In this document: in pieces, positions 58,963 through 64,000 of the stretch
How the letters are laid out: every line of letters starts with the position of its first letter
Position numbering within the stretch: position 1 is the stretch's first letter
Origin: Caecitellus pseudoparvulus
Taxonomy: Eukaryota; Protista; Bigyra: Bicosoecida
Direction of reading: 5' to 3'
Assembly: GCA_965644315.1 (NCBI GenBank)
Contig: CBFFRQ010000039.1
Coordinates: 195,387-259,386 of the forward strand
DNA: 64,000 nucleotides
Made by a program: the position numbers and the translations under genes
The notes under the pieces: generated by a model
The model's input: only the letters and a program-made list of their open reading frames with translations
Databases searched by the model: none
Told to the model about the DNA's origin: nothing

Positions 58963-61900
58963 ATGGCAGGGAGCGGCGTGGCAGGCGAAGCTGCCTGCAC
59001 GCTGATGATCAACACAGACAAGGTGCAGGTGCCGACAGCTGGGGAGATCCAGAAGAAGCTGGAGAACAAGGACCCCAGGTCCAAGGCTGATGGCCTGAAG
59101 CAGATCATCCTGGGTGCTCTGGCTGGTGAGGACATGGGCAGCCAGTTGATGACGGTGATCCGCTTCTGCATCAACGAGGAAGACAAGGAGGTGAAGAAGC
59201 TACTCATGATCTTCTGGGAAGTCATCAAGAAGCACGACGCTTCGGGGAAGCTGCGCCCGGAGATGATGCTGGTGTGGTGCGTGCCGCGCCGGGCAGCGCA
59301 AATGCCGCACCTGCTCCACGTGACGCCGGCCGCCCCCCTCGCAGCAACGCCCTTCGCAACCAGCTCATCCACCCGAACGAATTCCTGCGTGGGTGCACGC
59401 TGCGCTTCCTGTGCAAAGTCCGGGAGCGGGACGTCGTGGAGCCCCTCGTGCCTGCCATCACGGCCTGCCTGAAGCACCGAGTGGCGTACGTGCGCCGCAA
59501 TGCCGTGACGCTCATCCACACGCTGTACTCGGCGTACGGGGAAGACGTCGTGCCTGACGCCCCTGCCACCATCATGGAGTACCTGAAGGACGAGCGCGAC
59601 AATGGCGCGCTGCGCAATGCCTTCCAGATGCTGTTCGACTGTGACCAGGCCGGCGCCGTGCGCTTCTACGCTGCCCACGCGGAGGAGGTGCTGGGGTACG
59701 GCGACGGCTTCCACTTGTCCGTGCTGCAGCTGGCCAAGAAGGTGTGCCGCGCCGACCCCTCCTCCAAGGTGGTCTTCATCCGCACCATCCTCGCCTTGCT
59801 GGAGTCCCAGTCTGCCACGGTTGCGTACGAGGCGGCCTCCACCCTCGTGGCCCTGTCCAACGCTCCCACCGCCATCCGCGCCTCCACCGCTGCCTACACC
59901 AAGCTGTTGGCCAGCACGCCAGACAACAACGTCAAGCTGGTGCTGCTGGAGCGCCTGGACGCACTGCGAGCCCGGGGGCACACCAAGATCCTGCGTGACT
60001 CGGCCATGGATGTGCTGCGGGTGCTGGCGACGCCCAACATTGACATTCGCCGGCGCGTCATCCAGCTGGCCACTGCCCTCATCTCCGAGCGCAACGTCGA
60101 GGAGGTCGTCGCCTTCCTCAAGAAGCAAATCGTAGCCAGCCAGGCCACCGCGGAAGAGAGCGGCGACGCTGGTGCCGCGACTGCAGCAGGGGAAGGCAAG
60201 GCCAAGACTGCGCCCCAGAGCTCCGAAAGCGTGTACAGGGGCCTGCTCATCTCCGCCATTCACGGCTGTGCCGTGAAGTACCCCTCTGTCGCCTCCTCCG
60301 TCGTGCACCTGCTCATGGACTTCCTCAGCGCCCCCAGCGCCCTGGACATCATCCGTTTTGTGCGGGAGGCGTGTGAGCGCTTCCCCTCCCTCGTGCACAG
60401 CGTCCTGGAGAAGCTCATGGAGGTGCTGGGAGACATCACCTCACCGCAGGTCCTGCAGGTGGCACTTTGGATCCTGGGCCAGTACTGCGACACGCCGCCC
60501 ACGGTGCAGGGGGGCATCAAGGCCATCCGGGAGTGCTTGGGCAGCCTGCCCTTGACGGCTGAGCACAGGGACCGGGCAGGCAGCAGCGAGACGGAGGGCA
60601 GTGCTGCGCCAGCTCAGCCCAAGGCGTCCTCTGCACCCCGCACACTCCCAGACGGCAGCTACCCCAGCATGACCACCGTCACGCCAGCTGCTGCTGCCAA
60701 AGCTGTCGCGTCGTCGGATGGCCCACACCTGCGCAGGCTGCTGGTGGAGGGGGACTTCTTCCTGGGCGCCTCCATCGCCAGCACTATGTGCAAGCTGGCC
60801 CTGCGTGTCGCGCAGCTGATCGGGGACGCCGCGGCCCGCCCAGTGAAGGGCGTCACGGCGGACGCCATGCTGGTCATGGCAGCCATCCTGGAGCTGGGGC
60901 AGAGCCAGGGCAGGGGGGGCGGCTCTGGCATTGACCAGGACTCCTTCGAGCGCATCGTCCTGTGCATGCGCGTGCTGGGCGACCGCAGCACGAATGCCGC
61001 CGCCGCCGGCGTCCTGCTGGACGGCTGCAAGGACAGTTTCAAGGGGTTCCTGGCGTACACAGCGGCAGGGGGCGCAAAAGCGACCCTGGATGCATCCACT
61101 GCCGGCACCAGCTCGGCGCAGGTGGAGAGCAAGGTGGGCGGCGCAGCTGAGGAGCTGCGCGCGCTGTTGGGGGCCTATGCCGCGGGGGACACGGGTGCCA
61201 GTGGCCGTGTGGTGCAGAGCGCGCACGAAGCCATCACCATCCGGCAGCTGCGAGGGCGGTCGGCGGCGACCTCAGCAGACCTCGCCCTGGATGAAGAGGG
61301 CGAGGTGGGCGTGGCAGTGGAAGGCGGCGACGCAGGAGAGGGGTCCGTGACTGTGCAGCAGCTGACGGGGGTGGGCGACCCCGTGTACGCGGAAGCCAAG
61401 GTGCAGCTGCTGGCGTACGACATCGTCCTGGACATAACCGCCGTGAACCGCACTGGTGTGACGCTGACTGACGTGAGCGTGGAACTGGCCACCGTCGGCG
61501 ACAGCCTGAAGCTGGTGGAGCGCCCCACAGTGCACACACTCGCGCCAGGCGCCTCGCTGGCCATCCGCCACACCATCAAGGTCGCCTCCACGGAAGCAGG
61601 GCGCATCGCCGGCACGCTGACGTACACGACGTCCAAGGCGCCCAGCGAGGGCAAGGTGCTGCACCTGAACGACATCACCATCGACATGCTCAGCTACGTG
61701 ACGCCCGCGTACATCGACCCCTCCGCCTTCCGCAGCATGTGGGCAGAGTTCGAGTGGGAGAACAAGGTCGCCGTGAACACGAACTTGACGGACCTGGCCG
61801 CCTTTGTGGAGCACGTCGCCGGCATCACGCGCATGCAGGTGCTGACGCCCACTGGCGCCCTGGGCGGCACTGCCAACTTCCTGGCCGCCAACCTGTACGG

Positions 61901-62075
61901 CAAGTCGCGCTTCGGGGAAGACGCCATCATGAACGTCTGCATCGAGCTGCGCGGCGGCTCCTGCATCAAGGGCCACATCCGCATCCGCGCCAAGACGCAG
62001 GGCGTCGCGCTGTCCCTGGGCGACCGCATCACCGCCAAGCAGAAGGTGGATGCGCCCCAGTCGGAGGAGCAGTGA
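58963..62075 (+). CDS. COPB1: Coatomer subunit beta; join(58963..59276,59345..62075)
   Basis: LMTVIRFC, EMMLVC|NALRNQLIHPNEFLRGCTLRFL, QLTGVGDPVYAEA, FRSMWAEFEWENKV and RIRAKTQGVALSLGD. Confidence 0.97.
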
Positions 62076-62151
62076 GCGCCGCAGTACCTGTACAATGCAA
62101 CTGGCGAGGAGGCTGGCAGCGTGGAGGTGTGCAGTGCATTGGTGCGGGTGC

Positions 62152-62883
62152 TCACGCAGCCTTGGTGTTGGCGGTCGTGGTACGTCCCGCAGCGTCACTG
62201 GCCGCAATCTTGTCAAACGCCACCGCCATCTGCACCACGTTCACAACCTGCTTGAGAAGGGCCAAGGGTGCCATGGCCAAGGCAATGGCAGCCGTGCTGC
62301 CCAGCCCCTCCACGCCCGTCTCCCACCCGTGAAAAGCGTGCATCGCGTACAGCGCCAGCAAGCACACCTCCTGCCCCACGCACAGCACCAGCATGAAGCC
62401 AGGCATGGTGTAGTACGCCCGCAACAGGGCATTGTCCCCTGCCCCCAAGGACTTGTGGCTGCCACCCTTCAGCAGCTGTGTGCTGTGCGTGTGCACCCAG
62501 TGTGAAACAATGTCCAGGCTCGCCAACGCCATGAACCACAGGAAGTACGGCACGTAAATGTGCCCCAGCACGATGTACAGGCACAGAGTCGCTATTCTGT
62601 CCGTCAACATGTCCAGCACTGCCCCAAAATCAGAGCCTGCAGTGGCGGGAAAGGCGGCGGTGGGAATGAAGAAGAGCGGGGCAATGGCAAGGGTGGTGGT
62701 GGGGCACTCACACTGGCCCAGAGCTCGAGCGGCATAGCCGTCGAACGCATCCAGCACGTAGCTGATGGTGTACAACCACAGGAAAGTTGCAGGTTCGTGA
62801 AGAGCATAGGCAAAAGCGGCAACCCCGCTCAGCACGCGCGCATAGCCGATCAAGTTCGGCACGTAAGCGTACACTGGATTCAT
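62152..62883 (-). CDS. PIS1: CDP-diacylglycerol--inositol 3-phosphatidyltransferase (PI synthase)
   Basis: YVPNLIGYAR, LDAFDGYAARALGQ...SDFGAVLDMLTDR (CDP-alcohol phosphotransferase motif) and LDIVSHW; one in-frame intron at about 62638-62712. Confidence 0.95.
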   Translation of the reverse strand: MNPVYAYVPNLIGYARVLSGVAAFAYALHEPATFLWLYTISYVLDAFDGYAARALGQCECPTTTLAIAPLFFIPTAAFPATAGSDFGAVLDMLTDRIATLCLYIVLGHIYVPYFLWFMALASLDIVSHWVHTHSTQLLKGGSHKSLGAGDNALLRAYYTMPGFMLVLCVGQEVCLLALYAMHAFHGWETGVEGLGSTAAIALAMAPLALLKQVVNVVQMAVAFDKIAASDAAGRTTTANTKAA

Positions 62884-63192
62884 GTCGCTGCGGAATTCGA
62901 AACAGCGTGGCAGTGGATTTATCGGAGTGGGGGGCGCTTGGGGGGATCTGAAGAGGATGAGGGGGTGAAGGTATGATTGGGCGTGGTGAGTAACCTGGTG
63001 CGTGGCGAGTTAGGATTGGAAAGGCTCGGGGGGGTCTGCGTTGGTAGAGGGCAGGCTTGGTCATGGAGCTTGCTGCTCTGGGCGGGCTGGCAAATTCCGC
63101 ACGCCTGCGCCATTGCGGCGCGGTCATGCTCTGCCCAGCGGCACACGGAATTTGATCAGTTGGAGCCGCACGAATGAGGCCCGATACTGAGG

Positions 63193-63795
63193 TTAGAAAA
63201 GAGCAGCAGCTGCCCTCTCAACACTTCCACCTGCTGTGGCAAGCGCGGACTTGCACGTGGCCAATGGCTTCTGGGTGACCGTGGCGAGCTGGTATGCATG
63301 AAAGTCAAGCTCTTTCATGCTAACATTGTCATGCTTTGCCTTTTCAAGCTCTTGCAACTCCTTGAACAAGGCGTCGCTGGGCAGGATGCACGGCCGCGCT
63401 GCGTGTGTTGCGGCGTACGCAGCAGATAGCTTTTGGCCTCCCAGCACGAGGGTGCCAATGACCGCAGTGGCGCTGCGGCTGACGCCACTGCTGCAGTGCA
63501 CAAGTACGGTGCCTTCTACCGTACTGATGAAGTCAAAGATTCCCTGAAAGTGCTTCGCCAAGGAACGCTGCCCGTCGTCCCGGACTTGCACGTGCAGCTG
63601 AGTCACACCTGCAGGGACTGGAGGAGCCTCCCAGAGGCAGCTGACAACCGCATCCTCGCCCACTGTTCCAACGCTCCCGATTGGCCCAATGAACAGCTTG
63701 TCAGTGACTTTCTGTGCCTTGCTCTGATCAAAAGAAGGCTTGGCCCCCGAATGCTCGCCGGCTGCTGGACCTGAGCCTGTCTCAAGCGCAGCCAT
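63193..63795 (-). CDS. Dual-specificity protein phosphatase with C-terminal UBA-like helical tail
   Basis: VTDKLFIG, general-acid loop VRDD, signature VLVHCSSGVSRSAT and ARPCILP. Confidence 0.9.
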   Translation of the reverse strand: MAALETGSGPAAGEHSGAKPSFDQSKAQKVTDKLFIGPIGSVGTVGEDAVVSCLWEAPPVPAGVTQLHVQVRDDGQRSLAKHFQGIFDFISTVEGTVLVHCSSGVSRSATAVIGTLVLGGQKLSAAYAATHAARPCILPSDALFKELQELEKAKHDNVSMKELDFHAYQLATVTQKPLATCKSALATAGGSVERAAAALF

Positions 63796-64000
63796 GTCTT
63801 GTACCTAATGGCGTGTTGGCCAGAACCCTCAAACAAGCTTTCACTGAAAAATTACTCTAGGACAAAGCCACACGAGTAGACTGCACGGAGAAGCTCTGTG
63901 GAAGCTCGTTGCATGACTTCGAAGGGAGAGACGTGAGATGGGATTTGCATGGTGAGCATGGAATGTGCCGTCACCGATCCTTCGCAGGTGGGAACTTTCG

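Noticed and set aside
63910-64000. Possible first exon and intron of a next + strand gene (ATG...TG|GTGAGC...CGCAG)
   Set aside because: Too short and truncated by the window edge to support.

Overview
Gene-dense, GC-rich eukaryotic DNA with short spliceosomal introns (donors mostly GTGCGT or GTGAG, acceptors mostly YAG) and intergenic gaps of tens to a few hundred bp. The style suggests a heterotrophic stramenopile such as a bicosoecid (inference, not established). About 17 protein genes are recognisable: a giant polycystin/ryanodine-receptor-repeat (PKDRR-like) channel, a TmcB-like PAS membrane protein, a triose-phosphate-family transporter, a PLOD-type glycosyltransferase, an SLC19 carrier, an unknown membrane protein, a GBP/atlastin-like GTPase, a MORN protein, a conserved hypothetical protein, GCN2, a mucin-like surface protein, a coiled-coil protein, WDR62/MAPKBP1, an alpha/beta-hydrolase-IQ-SAM-ankyrin protein, COPB1, PI synthase and a dual-specificity phosphatase. 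Two items stand out. (1) Splicing two introns missed by the ORF track gives the channel a full N-terminal nicotinamidase (PncA)-type domain with all three catalytic residues replaced, followed by ankyrins, a UBR-like zinc finger, two RyR repeats and a PKD2 pore. It may be a nicotinamide/NAD-metabolite-sensing Ca2+ channel. (2) A 5'-truncated Ngaro-type tyrosine-recombinase retrotransposon with identical 150-bp split direct repeats sits inside the mucin repeat array, and its junction creates splice signals that could remove most of it in frame. All family calls come from motif recognition by eye; no database search was run.
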